Assembly (NCBI GenBank): GCA_041891055.1
Contig: CP169074.1
Location: 832,001-896,000 of the forward strand
DNA: 64,000 nucleotides
Source of the DNA: Halorutilales archaeon Cl-col2-1
GTDB lineage: Archaea > Halobacteriota > Halobacteria > Halobacteriales > Afararchaeaceae
Direction of reading: 5' to 3'
Shown: positions 1-9,783 of the stretch, piece by piece
How the letters are laid out: every line of letters begins with the position of its first letter
Position numbering within the stretch: position 1 is the first letter of the stretch
The notes under the pieces: generated by a model
What the model was told of the DNA's origin: nothing
The model's database searches: none
Seen by the model: the letters and a program-made list of their open reading frames with translations, nothing else
Position numbers and translations under genes: made by a program

Positions 1-1
1 G

Positions 2-1072
2 AGACAGAAGGGATGTACGTCTATCGCAGTACTCAACGACGACGGCGACCTCTCGGATATATACTCGGCGGGGCGTCTTTCGGGGACGGACAGCGACGGA
101 GACGACGGAGGCTGGCAGGACGTCTACACCGACGACTACATAGACGAGATTCTCGAAAACGGGGTTCTCGTGATCGACGATGTCACACAGCCTCCGTACG
201 ACCACCATTCGGACAGCGTCGAGAGTCACAAGGGTATAGGCGTGGCTCTCAGCCACCGAGGAAACGACTACGGTGCTATGACGGTTCATCTTCCTCCGCA
301 GGGAATATCCGAGAACGAGAAGAGTCTCTTGGAGGGCTTCGCGTACGACCTTTCTACCGGAATCTACGCTCTCAGGACAGAGGACAGGATAAAGAAAGAG
401 AACGAGGAGCTGATTCTTCTCAACCGGATCGTGAGACACGACATACGTAACGACATGAACCTCATACTCGGCTGGGGAAGCGAGCTCAGAGATCACGTCG
501 ACGAGGAAGGCGAGGAGTACCTCGACACTGTTCTCGACGCTAGCCAGCATGTAGTCGATCTCACGAAGACCGCGCGCGACTTCGTCGAATCGATAGAGAG
601 CGGTGAGGAAACCGACCTCGGCTCCGTCGATCTCCGGGACACTGTCGAACATGTCACTCAGATAAAGAGAGAGACGTATGACGACGCCGAGTTCTCGATT
701 GAGGGGATTCCCGACGTCGAAGTGAGGGCGAACAGTCTCCTTTCGACAGTCTTCAGGAATATACTCAACAACGCCGTTCAGCACAACGACTGCGATACGC
801 CGAGGATAGAGATAACAGCTGAGAGAGACGAGGAGAAGGACGAGATAGTGGTCTGTGTCTCCGACAACGGCGACGGAGTCTCCGACAATGTCAAGGAGTC
901 GATATTCGGTAAAGAAGAGAAGGGTCTCGAAAGCCGTGGAACCGGTATAGGTCTCTACCTCGTGAGGACTCTTGTCGACGAGTACGGCGGCGATGTCTGG
1001 GTCGAGGACAGACACGACGTAGAGTCGGGGCGCAGAGGTAGCGTCTTCAAGGTCAGACTCAAAGAGGCGTAG
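2..1072 (+). CDS. Sensor histidine kinase (5' truncated by window edge)
   Basis: Frame open from position 2; H-box RHDIRND, N-box NILNNAVQH, DNGDG and GTGIGLYLV boxes. Confidence 0.9.
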   Translation, partial: RQKGCTSIAVLNDDGDLSDIYSAGRLSGTDSDGDDGGWQDVYTDDYIDEILENGVLVIDDVTQPPYDHHSDSVESHKGIGVALSHRGNDYGAMTVHLPPQGISENEKSLLEGFAYDLSTGIYALRTEDRIKKENEELILLNRIVRHDIRNDMNLILGWGSELRDHVDEEGEEYLDTVLDASQHVVDLTKTARDFVESIESGEETDLGSVDLRDTVEHVTQIKRETYDDAEFSIEGIPDVEVRANSLLSTVFRNILNNAVQHNDCDTPRIEITAERDEEKDEIVVCVSDNGDGVSDNVKESIFGKEEKGLESRGTGIGLYLVRTLVDEYGGDVWVEDRHDVESGRRGSVFKVRLKEA

Positions 1073-1146
1073 TACCTGGCTCGCCTCTTCTGTGTCTTCG
1101 GCGTGTCTTTCATCAGTGTTAAGGCTAATCCCGACAGTTCCCCAGT

Positions 1147-2991
1147 ATGGGACAAGAAGAGAAGGAGAGACACGAGATCGCAGTCGTGGGTGGCGACGAG
1201 ATAGCGAGGGCTCTCGACTGGCTCGACGCCGACATCAGGGTATCAGACCTCGACGATGCTTTCGAGGAGACTACCGACTTCGTGATATCCGAGGAGTCGC
1301 TCGACGAGACGAACACTAGATCCGTGGATAGCCGGACGCCCTCCCTCCCCGTTGAGTTCGGAGGCGAGATCTGTGACGAGACGGGTGCTGCGGCTGCAGT
1401 AGGTCCCCTGGTACAGCCGGGTTCTTCGGCGTGCAGAACTTGTCTCAGTCTCAGGATAGACGGTCTTAGGGACGAAGACAGCTCAGACTCGGAGATAGGA
1501 GCCGAGACAGAGACCGAGTCTCCGGGATGTGGATCGGGTAACCTCTCGGTTCCCGATGAGGCTTACACGTCGTTCGCCGAGGGATTCGCGGCACTTGAGA
1601 CGGGACGTTACTTCACGACTGCGGGAGCCGAGACGGTAGGCGGTGTCTGTCTCATCGGTGCAGGCGACGACGAGCCGTTCGAGGTACATACTACGGCGAG
1701 AGTTCCCTTCTGCCCCGACTGCTGGACAGGACGTCCGATAGCGGGAGTGGCTCCGAGAGACAGTCCCCCTTCCGACCTCGATAGTGCTCTCGACAGGGCA
1801 GAGGCGGTTCTCGACGACATAACCGGCATACTCGGTTCAGCCGCCGAACTTCCTGACGACGAGACACGCGTGCCGTACTACGTCGTCGAGATCGCAGACA
1901 CGCCCTTCTCCGACGCGTCGCCTCCCGATGTCGCCGCGGGTGTGTCGGTCGACTGGCAGAAGGCTCTCATGAAGGCGATGGGGGAAGGGCTCGAAAGATA
2001 CTCGGCGGCGGTCTACCGAGACGACGAGTTCGAGAAGGTGACCTACGACGAGATGGTCGACGAGGGCAGAGACCCCATAGATCCCACTGACCTCGCGCTC
2101 TTCTCCGACGAACAGTACGACGAAAACACATACACTGACCCGTCGTCGTCTCCCGTAATCGACTGGACACCCGGCTACTCACTGACACGTGACGACGGGG
2201 TTGCAGTCCCCGCTGAGTTCGTCTACTACCCGTTCGACTCGGAGTTCGCGCCCGGGATCACTACGGGTCTCGGACTCCACTCGACACAGACAGAGGCAAT
2301 AGAGGTGGGTCTCCTGGAGGTCGTCGAGAGGGACGCGTGTATGAGAACGTGGCTCGAAGACAGGTATCCCGAGACGATCGAGTTCGACGTCACGAGCCTC
2401 GGCTCAGAGACCTCCGAACTCGTCTCACGCGTGAGGTCGGCGGGAATAGACATACATGCTTCACACCTCACCGCTGAGATAGACGTTCCCGTGATCGCGG
2501 TGGCTCTGACCTCGGACAACGACCCGCGTTTCGCCGTCTCGGCGGCGGCTTCACTCGACCCCGAAGAAGCATTCAGGTCGGCACTCGAAGAAGCTGTTCA
2601 GTCAAGGCGCGAAGTGAAGCAGTCGGACGTCGAAGTCGAAGACACCAATGAGATATCTACGAGCGAGGAACACGTCGCCTACGCTGCCGACAGACCCGGT
2701 AGCGTCGAGAGGTTCGTGTCAGAGACCGACGGAAGACTGGCTCTTGACGAGATAGGCGGCGATGTCCCTCAGAAACCTCTCGAAAGGCTAGACACAGTAA
2801 GGGAGAGGGTCGAGGACGCGGGCTACGAGGTCATAGCGTCGAACATCACATCGCCCGACGTCATGAGTATAGGCTTCGACGCCGTACGTGTCACGGTTCC
2901 GGGGGCTCAGCCACTCCATTTCGGTCTCGACATGAGACGTCTCGGAGGCGACGTCGACGTCTCGAACCCCGACCCTCATCCGTTTCCGTGA
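1147..2991 (+). CDS. Fused E1-like/YcaO (TOMM C-D type) cyclodehydratase
   Basis: N-terminal VGPLVQPG..ACRTC and PFCPDC CxxC pairs; YcaO motifs GEGLERYS and LEVVERDA; C-terminal PDPHPFP. Confidence 0.88.
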   Translation: MGQEEKERHEIAVVGGDEIARALDWLDADIRVSDLDDAFEETTDFVISEESLDETNTRSVDSRTPSLPVEFGGEICDETGAAAAVGPLVQPGSSACRTCLSLRIDGLRDEDSSDSEIGAETETESPGCGSGNLSVPDEAYTSFAEGFAALETGRYFTTAGAETVGGVCLIGAGDDEPFEVHTTARVPFCPDCWTGRPIAGVAPRDSPPSDLDSALDRAEAVLDDITGILGSAAELPDDETRVPYYVVEIADTPFSDASPPDVAAGVSVDWQKALMKAMGEGLERYSAAVYRDDEFEKVTYDEMVDEGRDPIDPTDLALFSDEQYDENTYTDPSSSPVIDWTPGYSLTRDDGVAVPAEFVYYPFDSEFAPGITTGLGLHSTQTEAIEVGLLEVVERDACMRTWLEDRYPETIEFDVTSLGSETSELVSRVRSAGIDIHASHLTAEIDVPVIAVALTSDNDPRFAVSAAASLDPEEAFRSALEEAVQSRREVKQSDVEVEDTNEISTSEEHVAYAADRPGSVERFVSETDGRLALDEIGGDVPQKPLERLDTVRERVEDAGYEVIASNITSPDVMSIGFDAVRVTVPGAQPLHFGLDMRRLGGDVDVSNPDPHPFP

Positions 2992-4986
2992 CTACACGAC
3001 ATGTAGGAAGACGGTGAAGGTGACGTAGGCGAGTGATATCATTATGAAGGCGTGTTTAACTCCCGACGCGACACGTCCCTCACCCATCTTGCCCGCCATA
3101 AGACCGCTCAGAAGAGCCTGTATCACGCCGGCGTGGTAGAAGAGAACACGGTATCTTTCAGGGCTGAACCCCTCCTGTACGAAGGAAGTCTGAGTACCCG
3201 CAGCTCCGCCGCCCGTTCCGATACCTGTCTGGGGTATCGCTGGGAGGAAGACCGAGTCGAGTATGGCGAGTATCACGAGGAATATCACGAACGAGAGGTA
3301 TATCACAACTGTGTATAGGAACATCTCTCCCCTCCTCTCCTCTGCGAGACGTCTCCTGAGACTCGCCTCGCGCGAGGCTATGCTGAGAACCTCCCCAAGC
3401 CTCCCGCTCGCCTTCGTCGCGTTCGTCAGGAGGACGACCACACGGCTCACCATAGGAGACCGAACCCTGTTCGCAAACCTCCTCAGAGCGGTGTTGATAT
3501 CTGCGTTCCATCTTATGTCACGCTCCATCCTGTCTATCTCGGGATTGAGGACGCCTAGGTCAGTGTCTGAGAGCGACCTGAGTGACTCGGGTACTGTGGC
3601 TCCCGCCTCGTTGAGGTCGGCGAGACGTTCGAGGAAGTCGGGAAGCTGATCCTCGACTCGGCGGAGGTAGTCCGACTTTATCTCATAGAAGAGGGCGTAT
3701 ATGAAGAGAGGTATAAGCGAAGCCTCGACCAGGGCGTCATCTACGTATCTCACCACCTCCGGAGGCAGACTGAAGTCTCCAGTGACTATCTGACCCACGG
3801 AGACTTCGGGGAATAAGCTGACACCCGCTACCGTAGCCCCGGCGTAGAGACGCGCCGATAGATAGATGACACCGAGGAGGACGCCGAGGTATAGACTGAG
3901 GACGGGAGATCTCTTGAAGCTCTGGAGAGGAGACGCGAGACGTCTCTTGACCTGTCTTATCTTCCTTCCCTTCCTGAGACTCTCTATACTAGATTTCTGG
4001 TCGTCCCCTCCATACTCGGCAGATATGTCATCGACGAATCCCGGGGAACTCACGTCGTAGTCGATCGACTCCTTTCCGCCCCCTGTGAGGGGATTCGTGA
4101 AGAAGGCATCTAGGAAGACGAGAAGACCCGCGCCAGCGAGAGGTAGTATGAGATAGACAAAAGCCCTGAGCACGAGGAGAGGCGCGCCCCCGACGAATCC
4201 GAGGACGATGAGTGTGACTATGACGAAGAGGGGTCCAGCGACGAAGACGACGACGTAGAACTCAGCTATCAGACCCAGCTTAGTCAGGAACTCCTTCTGT
4301 TCCTGTTCTGCCTCGTCGTAGTAGGCGCTGACTCTCTCTTCTAAGAAGTCGCTGATGTCTCCTACGCTCGTGAAGACGCTCACGAGGTTCTTGACGAAGT
4401 CGGCGAACTCATCGCTCGCAGTCGTGTCACCTAGTTCGCGGAGCGCGGTCACGACGTCCATCCCGAAGTACTCCATGTCGTGTGAAGCGACCCTGAGCTC
4501 GTCGGCGCTCGTCCCGAAGTACTCCGACCTCGCTGAGATGGTGTCGATGACACGTGGTAACGACATACCACCCCTCGACAGCGTGAACATTATACTCACA
4601 GTTCCCGTCAGGCTGAGGTTGATCTGTCTCGCCCTTGCGTCGGCTCTGTACCTCGGGACGTAGATGAGTAGACGGAAGACGAAGTAAGACACAGCCGTGG
4701 AAGCCACAACGGGGGAGAAGTAGACTGCGAGTACGACGATGTCCGCAACGCCCTCACCAACGAGGTCGTCCCAGAAGACGTACAGAGACGCCGAGACTGC
4801 GAAGAGTGTCGTGAGGAAGACGACTCCGGAGTAGAGAAGAACTCTCGACATATAAGACCTGTAAGTACGCGGCATCCTCGCCGAACGCAGATTATCCTCG
4901 ACGGAGTAGTACCTCGGCTTGATCCTCTCGGCTACCTCGCCTAGCCAGTATATAGCGATCCTGAGCGGAGGTATCCTCTCTATCAT
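2992..4986 (-). CDS. Type IV pilus/T2SS F-family platform membrane protein (PilC/TadC-like, two GspF domains)
   Basis: 664 aa multi-TM with duplicated GspF-like segments (LPDFLERLADLNEAG; AGKMGEGRVASGVKH); directly downstream of the ATPase. Confidence 0.88.
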   Translation of the reverse strand: MIERIPPLRIAIYWLGEVAERIKPRYYSVEDNLRSARMPRTYRSYMSRVLLYSGVVFLTTLFAVSASLYVFWDDLVGEGVADIVVLAVYFSPVVASTAVSYFVFRLLIYVPRYRADARARQINLSLTGTVSIMFTLSRGGMSLPRVIDTISARSEYFGTSADELRVASHDMEYFGMDVVTALRELGDTTASDEFADFVKNLVSVFTSVGDISDFLEERVSAYYDEAEQEQKEFLTKLGLIAEFYVVVFVAGPLFVIVTLIVLGFVGGAPLLVLRAFVYLILPLAGAGLLVFLDAFFTNPLTGGGKESIDYDVSSPGFVDDISAEYGGDDQKSSIESLRKGRKIRQVKRRLASPLQSFKRSPVLSLYLGVLLGVIYLSARLYAGATVAGVSLFPEVSVGQIVTGDFSLPPEVVRYVDDALVEASLIPLFIYALFYEIKSDYLRRVEDQLPDFLERLADLNEAGATVPESLRSLSDTDLGVLNPEIDRMERDIRWNADINTALRRFANRVRSPMVSRVVVLLTNATKASGRLGEVLSIASREASLRRRLAEERRGEMFLYTVVIYLSFVIFLVILAILDSVFLPAIPQTGIGTGGGAAGTQTSFVQEGFSPERYRVLFYHAGVIQALLSGLMAGKMGEGRVASGVKHAFIMISLAYVTFTVFLHVV

Positions 4987-4992
4987 TCTATG

Positions 4993-6606
4993 TCATCTTT
5001 CCTCATCTTCCGACTCGCCCGCTATCACTGTCTCTCCCTCGGGCTGTATACCCATCGACTCTAGCTCCTTCTCGGGGTTAGTGTAGTACCTGTTGACAAG
5101 GTTTGTGAACTCCCTGAAGTCGGTGATATCGTTCTCGACGAGGTAACGCAGTATCTTCTCACGCGTCCGTATCTCCCCCATGAGCTCGGCACGTGACAGT
5201 CCCATGTCGTCACGTATCTCCTTGAGGACAACACTCTCACTTATCTGATCGACGGTGTCGTCCGACGGATTCCACTCGTAGAGTGTGTTGACGTTTATGT
5301 CTCCGGTACGTGAGTCGATCCCGGCTATCTCGGCTAAGACGTTGTTACGTCTCACGCGTTCGTCCTCGTACCTCGTCAGAACCTGTATCGAGAGTATGTC
5401 GAGGGCTTCGAGCATCGATCTCGGGACGTCTATCGGAGGGTTTTCGAGGCGGTTTATCGCGGTCTCTATCGAGTCGGCGTGTAACGTCGAGTAGGTCGTG
5501 TGTCCCGTAGACATAGCCTGGAAGAGTGTCATAGCCTCCTCGCCACGCACCTCTCCCACGATTATGTACTCGGGACGCTGTCTCAGAGCCGACCGGAGGA
5601 GTGTGTACATGTCTATCTCGCTCTCGACTCCTATCCCCTCACGCGTCACACTCGGCACCCAGTTCTCATGGTGTATACGTATCTCGGGTGTGTCCTCTAT
5701 CGATATCACCTTCGACCTCGGGGGTATGAACATAGAGACGGCGTTGAGACTCGTCGTCTTTCCGCTCGCTGTACCTCCCGCGAATATCAGAGACCTGTTG
5801 TTCTCTATCGCGACCCAGAGATACGCCATCTGTTCTGCGGAGAAAGTCCCCGACTTAATGAGTTCGGCCGGAGTGAAAGGCTCCTCCGAGAACTTACGTA
5901 TCGTGAATGTCGATCCTTCCTGTGTGACTTCCTTCCCAAGTGTTAGCTCGACACGTGAGCCATCGGGGAGTGAGGCACTGACTATCGGACGTTCTATGCT
6001 GATATGTTTACCTGACTTCTGTGACAGAGTGATTATGAGTGAGTTGAGTTCGTCCTCGTCGAACTGTATGTTGGTTCTTATGTCCTGGTATTCACCGTGG
6101 TAGAGGTAGATAGGAGCGCCGTAGCCGTGGCACGAGATGTCCTCGACGTAGGGGTCTTCGAGTAGAGGCTCTATCTTCCCCATCCCCATGTAAGATCTCC
6201 TGAGGTAGTAGAGTATCCTGTGGAAAGAGACGGGATCGACGGCTACACCGTAGCTCTGTATGAGGTCTATCATCCCCTTCTTGAGCACCTCCTCGTTCTC
6301 CTCAACCCCTCCGAACTCCTTGACAGACAAGACATCACGCAGATCGTAGTAGAGCGTGTTGAGAAGCTCTCTTTCGAAGTCGGTGACAGACGGCTCGACG
6401 GCATTGTAGTAGAGAACACCGTCGTCGTCTTCAGTTACCACGGCTGTCGAGTAGGGCTCGTTGAGCCAGTACCTCCGTACCTCAGTCTGTCGACTCGGTG
6501 GCTCGAACTCAAACATATCCTCAGGCGTGGGATCGTACCCGTCTACTCTCGCCTCTAAGGACGACTTCGAGGACGCCAGCTCAGAGAGCTTCCGTCTGAG
6601 ACCCAT
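4993..6606 (-). CDS. Type II/IV secretion ATPase (PilB/FlaI-like)
   Basis: Walker A GGTASGKTT, SIEDTPE, ALRQRPEYIIVGEVRG, TGHTTYSTLHA; ATG 6606 preferred over TTG 6633. Confidence 0.93.
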   Translation of the reverse strand: MGLRRKLSELASSKSSLEARVDGYDPTPEDMFEFEPPSRQTEVRRYWLNEPYSTAVVTEDDDGVLYYNAVEPSVTDFERELLNTLYYDLRDVLSVKEFGGVEENEEVLKKGMIDLIQSYGVAVDPVSFHRILYYLRRSYMGMGKIEPLLEDPYVEDISCHGYGAPIYLYHGEYQDIRTNIQFDEDELNSLIITLSQKSGKHISIERPIVSASLPDGSRVELTLGKEVTQEGSTFTIRKFSEEPFTPAELIKSGTFSAEQMAYLWVAIENNRSLIFAGGTASGKTTSLNAVSMFIPPRSKVISIEDTPEIRIHHENWVPSVTREGIGVESEIDMYTLLRSALRQRPEYIIVGEVRGEEAMTLFQAMSTGHTTYSTLHADSIETAINRLENPPIDVPRSMLEALDILSIQVLTRYEDERVRRNNVLAEIAGIDSRTGDINVNTLYEWNPSDDTVDQISESVVLKEIRDDMGLSRAELMGEIRTREKILRYLVENDITDFREFTNLVNRYYTNPEKELESMGIQPEGETVIAGESEDEER

Positions 6607-6691
6607 TATTACACCGACGTCACCCCAAAGCAATAATACTGTCGGAGGTTAGGAGCCGGGTTATATTACGCACAGCCGAGTACTAAGACTC

Positions 6692-7627
6692 ATGGGAGAG
6701 AGAGACACCGACGACGAGGACGGCTCCGCGAGTTCATCGGAGACGGAGTCAGAGGGGGTTCTCGTCTGTCCCGAGTGTGGAGCCGAGGCTGTCGAGTCGG
6801 AGAGAGGTGAGACCGTCTGTCCCGACTGTGGTCTCGTGATAGAGGAGGAACGCGTCGAGAGAGGCAAGGAGTGGCGTGCCTACTCATCGGAGGAGGAAGA
6901 GGAAAAGTCACGCGTGGGAGCACCGACGACTCAGACGATGCACGAGAAGGGTCTCACGACCGAGATATCACGAAGTGATGTCGAGAAGTCTGAGAGACGG
7001 GAGACTATGAGACGTCTCCGGAAATGGCACGAGAGAGTGAGGGCAGAAGGTACCGAGAGAACTCTGCGTCTGGGTCTCGGCGAGATAGACCGTATGTCGA
7101 GTGCGCTGGGCCTCCCCGATGGAGTCCGTGAGTCTGCCGCTGTGGTGCTCAGACGTGCCCAGAAAGACGAGCTCCTCCCCGGGAGATCAGTCGAGGCAGT
7201 CGCGTCGGCGGCTGTCTACGCCGCGTGCCGGCAGGCGGGTCTACCCCGTTCTCTCGACGAGATCGCCGACGTGTCTCGCGTCGAGAAAGACGAGATAGCC
7301 GGGACATACAGGTACGTCTCACGTGAACTCGGGCTCGAAGTCCCTCCCGCAGACCCCGTCGAGTTCGTGCCTCGTATAGCCTCCGAACTCGACCTGAGCC
7401 CTGAGGTCGAGTCGAGGGCTGTCGAGATACTCGAAGAGACGGCGGAGATCGGGATCGGGAAGTCGCCGAAGGCGTACGCGGGAGCCGCTGTCTACCTCGC
7501 GGCGAGGCTACTCGACGAGGAGGTCACACAGGAGAAGGTCAGCGATGTCTCCGACGCCTCCGTGGTGACTATACGTAACAGGTACCACGACCAGGCGGAG
7601 GAACTCGGCGTCGACCTCGACACGTAA
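6692..7627 (+). CDS. tfb: Transcription initiation factor IIB
   Basis: Zn ribbon CPEC..CPDCG, EWRAY/RVGAP, two cyclin repeats, VTIRNRY. Confidence 0.95.
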   Translation: MGERDTDDEDGSASSSETESEGVLVCPECGAEAVESERGETVCPDCGLVIEEERVERGKEWRAYSSEEEEEKSRVGAPTTQTMHEKGLTTEISRSDVEKSERRETMRRLRKWHERVRAEGTERTLRLGLGEIDRMSSALGLPDGVRESAAVVLRRAQKDELLPGRSVEAVASAAVYAACRQAGLPRSLDEIADVSRVEKDEIAGTYRYVSRELGLEVPPADPVEFVPRIASELDLSPEVESRAVEILEETAEIGIGKSPKAYAGAAVYLAARLLDEEVTQEKVSDVSDASVVTIRNRYHDQAEELGVDLDT

Positions 7628-7657
7628 GCTTAATCCATCCGACGACGTATCTCATGT

Positions 7658-7798
7658 ATGTTACTTTCGCTCGTCAGTTCGGTTCTGAGCCAGCCCGCCA
7701 TGCTCTCAGTCGGTTTCGCAACCGTGGCTCTCATAATCGGTCTGAGCTACTACGTCCTCTTCGCCGTCGAGTCGGAGTCCGAGGACGATGAGAGCTGA
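7658..7798 (+). CDS. Small single-TM protein, 46 aa (absent from ORF track)
   Basis: MLLSLVSSVLSQPAMLSVGFATVALIIGLSYYVLFAVESESEDDES*; fills the gap between tfb and UPF0058; hydrophobic helix plus acidic tail. Confidence 0.6.
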   Translation: MLLSLVSSVLSQPAMLSVGFATVALIIGLSYYVLFAVESESEDDES

Positions 7799-7868
7799 GT
7801 TAAAAACCTGACGGTACGCCGACGGACGCGAAGCTTTAAATTCGTTCTGAGAGTAAGTCAGAGTAAGA

Positions 7869-8141
7869 ATGCACAAGGAAGAGTTGATCCATCTTCACGA
7901 GCTGATGGCGGACATAAGTGAGTACTTCGACGACGCCGAGGAAGCCAACGAGTTCTTCGATGAGTACTCAGATCTCGACGTCAAGCCCGAGGACATACAC
8001 CAGAGCAAGAGCGAGCACAAACAGGCTATCTTCGTACTCGGAAACGAGATGGCGAACGTGATGGCTGACGACGAGTTCTCCGAGACAGGACGTGTCGGAG
8101 CACGTATGGAGGAGCTCGCCGACAAGAACGCGAAGGACTAA
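7869..8141 (+). CDS. UPF0058 family protein
   Basis: MHKEELIHLH..P.DIHQSKSEHKQAIFVLG signature. Confidence 0.85.
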   Translation: MHKEELIHLHELMADISEYFDDAEEANEFFDEYSDLDVKPEDIHQSKSEHKQAIFVLGNEMANVMADDEFSETGRVGARMEELADKNAKD

Positions 8142-8208
8142 ATCTGTTTTCAGTCTGTCTTTCCGTGTAGTAAACTACCCCACCCTACTCGCTCACGGCT
8201 AACGCCGT

Positions 8209-8261
8209 TCGTCTCAAACTCTACGAGTTTGAGGGCTCGCTAATCTACGATTAGCGAACGA
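8209..8261. repeat. Double-hairpin palindromic insert A
   Basis: CTCAAACTC-TAC-GAGTTTGAG then TCGCTAATC-TAC-GATTAGCGA, bounded by TCGT..ACGA. Confidence 0.8.
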
Positions 8262-8274
8262 CTCCTTGAGGGTG

Positions 8275-8325
8275 TCGTCAGAAGCGGAGCTTCTGACTGC
8301 TAACCAGAACCGAAGGTTCTGGTGA
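8275..8325. repeat. Double-hairpin palindromic insert B
   Basis: GTCAGAAGC-GGA-GCTTCTGAC then ACCAGAACC-GAA-GGTTCTGGT; TG on both sides. Confidence 0.8.
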
Positions 8326-9565
8326 TGGGGCTTTCGCGTGGACTCCCGTTCTGGCCGCCGTCGGCGGCAGGCTCGTAATCGCCGTTCACGTTCAACGTCC
8401 CGCGATTCAAGCGCACGTTTACGGGTGCGCCTCCGCCCGACGACTTTTGCGCCGCGCGGAGAGACTTCAGACCGATGTTCTTCGCCGCGTTATAGTCGAC
8501 GTTCACTTCGTAGCCGCACTTCTGGCAACAGAACCGCTCTTGTGTCTGGCGGTTCTCGCGGAGCGTCGTCCCGCACTTGGAACACCGTTGGGAGGTGTAC
8601 TCGGGATTCACCTGTTCAATCGAGATACCGACTATCTCGGCTTTGTACTCGACGTACTCGAACAGGCGTCGGAACGCCCATGAGTGGAACTTCTTGGCGC
8701 GAGGCAGCCGATCACGAATCCCAGTCAGGTTCTCGAACGCGATCACGTCGCAGTCGTGTTCGACGGCTTCCGCGACGAGTTCTTTCGAGACGGTGTGTAA
8801 GAAGTGGTCGTAGCGTCCCGTCTCGGTGCGCCCGACCGACTGGATGGTTTCGTGGGCGGCCCGTGTTCCACGCTGTTGGAGCGACCCGCGTCGCTTCTCA
8901 AACTCACGGTGCCAGTGGTTCAACTCCGACCCGTTCCAGAACGTTCCTGTGGAAGTGACGGCGACGTTTTCGATGCCGAGGTCAACGCCGAGGACTGTGC
9001 TGTGCCCGTCGTTGCCTTCGTCGGCAGTCTCGGACTCCACGTCCGCCTTTGTTCGGACGTGAAGGTAGAACTCGCCGTCTCGGTAGTGGAGTTCTGCGCC
9101 CGTCACTTCGTAGTCGTCGTTGAATAGATACTCCGAGTGGGGTGTCTCGCGGCTCTCGTCGGGAAGAGCGTACTCAGCGGTGATGCGCCCTTCGACGGTT
9201 GAGAGCGTGGCGTGGTCGTCGTTGAACGTCGCACACCGCTTGTCGTAGACGAGCGTCGGAGCAGAAAAGTGCGGCTTCCCCGCGTAGTCACCTTGCTTCC
9301 AACGGGCGACGACGCCCTTCACCGCTTCGGCGGCCTTGTTTCGGGCGTTCTGGACGAGATTCGCTTGGAGCCTCGTTTCGTCCCGCACATCGTCGTAGGT
9401 TTCGCGTTGCAGTTCGGCTTTGCTCGTCGTCTTGTATTCGCCTTGCCATGCGTAGTCTACGACGTAGTTAGCGGCCCACAGGAACTCGGAGATGGTTTCG
9501 TGGAGGAGGTCAGCGTCGCTGTCGGTCACGTCGAGTTTGACGGGGACGGTGCGACGTACCTCCAT
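8300..9565 (-). CDS. tnpB: RNA-guided endonuclease TnpB
   Basis: RuvC residues GVDLG, AFENL and VDYNAAKNI; Zn finger CSKC..CQKC; TSQRC motif. Confidence 0.95.
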   Translation of the reverse strand: MEVRRTVPVKLDVTDSDADLLHETISEFLWAANYVVDYAWQGEYKTTSKAELQRETYDDVRDETRLQANLVQNARNKAAEAVKGVVARWKQGDYAGKPHFSAPTLVYDKRCATFNDDHATLSTVEGRITAEYALPDESRETPHSEYLFNDDYEVTGAELHYRDGEFYLHVRTKADVESETADEGNDGHSTVLGVDLGIENVAVTSTGTFWNGSELNHWHREFEKRRGSLQQRGTRAAHETIQSVGRTETGRYDHFLHTVSKELVAEAVEHDCDVIAFENLTGIRDRLPRAKKFHSWAFRRLFEYVEYKAEIVGISIEQVNPEYTSQRCSKCGTTLRENRQTQERFCCQKCGYEVNVDYNAAKNIGLKSLRAAQKSSGGGAPVNVRLNRGTLNVNGDYEPAADGGQNGSPRESPITRTFGSG

Positions 9566-9783
9566 CTGTGTTTCAGATGTAGGCCCTTGTATTTATATTA
9601 ATAACGGTTCGTGGGGGAGTCGGCCAGCCATTGAGCATGGGAGCGTAGTACCGGTCGGTTTCCTCCCCGACCTACTCGCTTGCTACGCTCGCTCCTTGAG
9701 GTCGGAGGCTCCACCTTGCATTACGCTGATCCGCACACCGAAAGACTAGACTTAAGGCTTGTCGCTCCGTGGGATAGCCTACT

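Larger units (their letters stand above)
8170..8400 (-). ncRNA. Putative omega/re-RNA scaffold overlapping the tnpB 3' end and IS right end
   Basis: Position expected for TnpB guide RNAs; hairpin-rich; boundaries not determinable from sequence. Confidence 0.5.
8170..9728 (-). mobile_element. IS200/IS605-family, IS1341-type element (tnpB only)
   Basis: tnpB flanked by related subterminal sequences (CCTACTCGCT...CTCCTTGAGG at about 8184-8271 and 9671-9701); minus strand ends GTTTAC at 8170; no tnpA; exact ends inferred. Confidence 0.8.

Noticed and set aside
2992-6606. pilB/pilC as an export route for the YcaO product
   Set aside because: Convergent orientation; stand-alone pilB/pilC pairs are ordinary in haloarchaea; no pilin or precursor adjacent.
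8170-8330. Hairpin series considered as a CRISPR array
   Set aside because: No identical direct repeats with spacers and no cas genes; explained by the IS end plus inserts.
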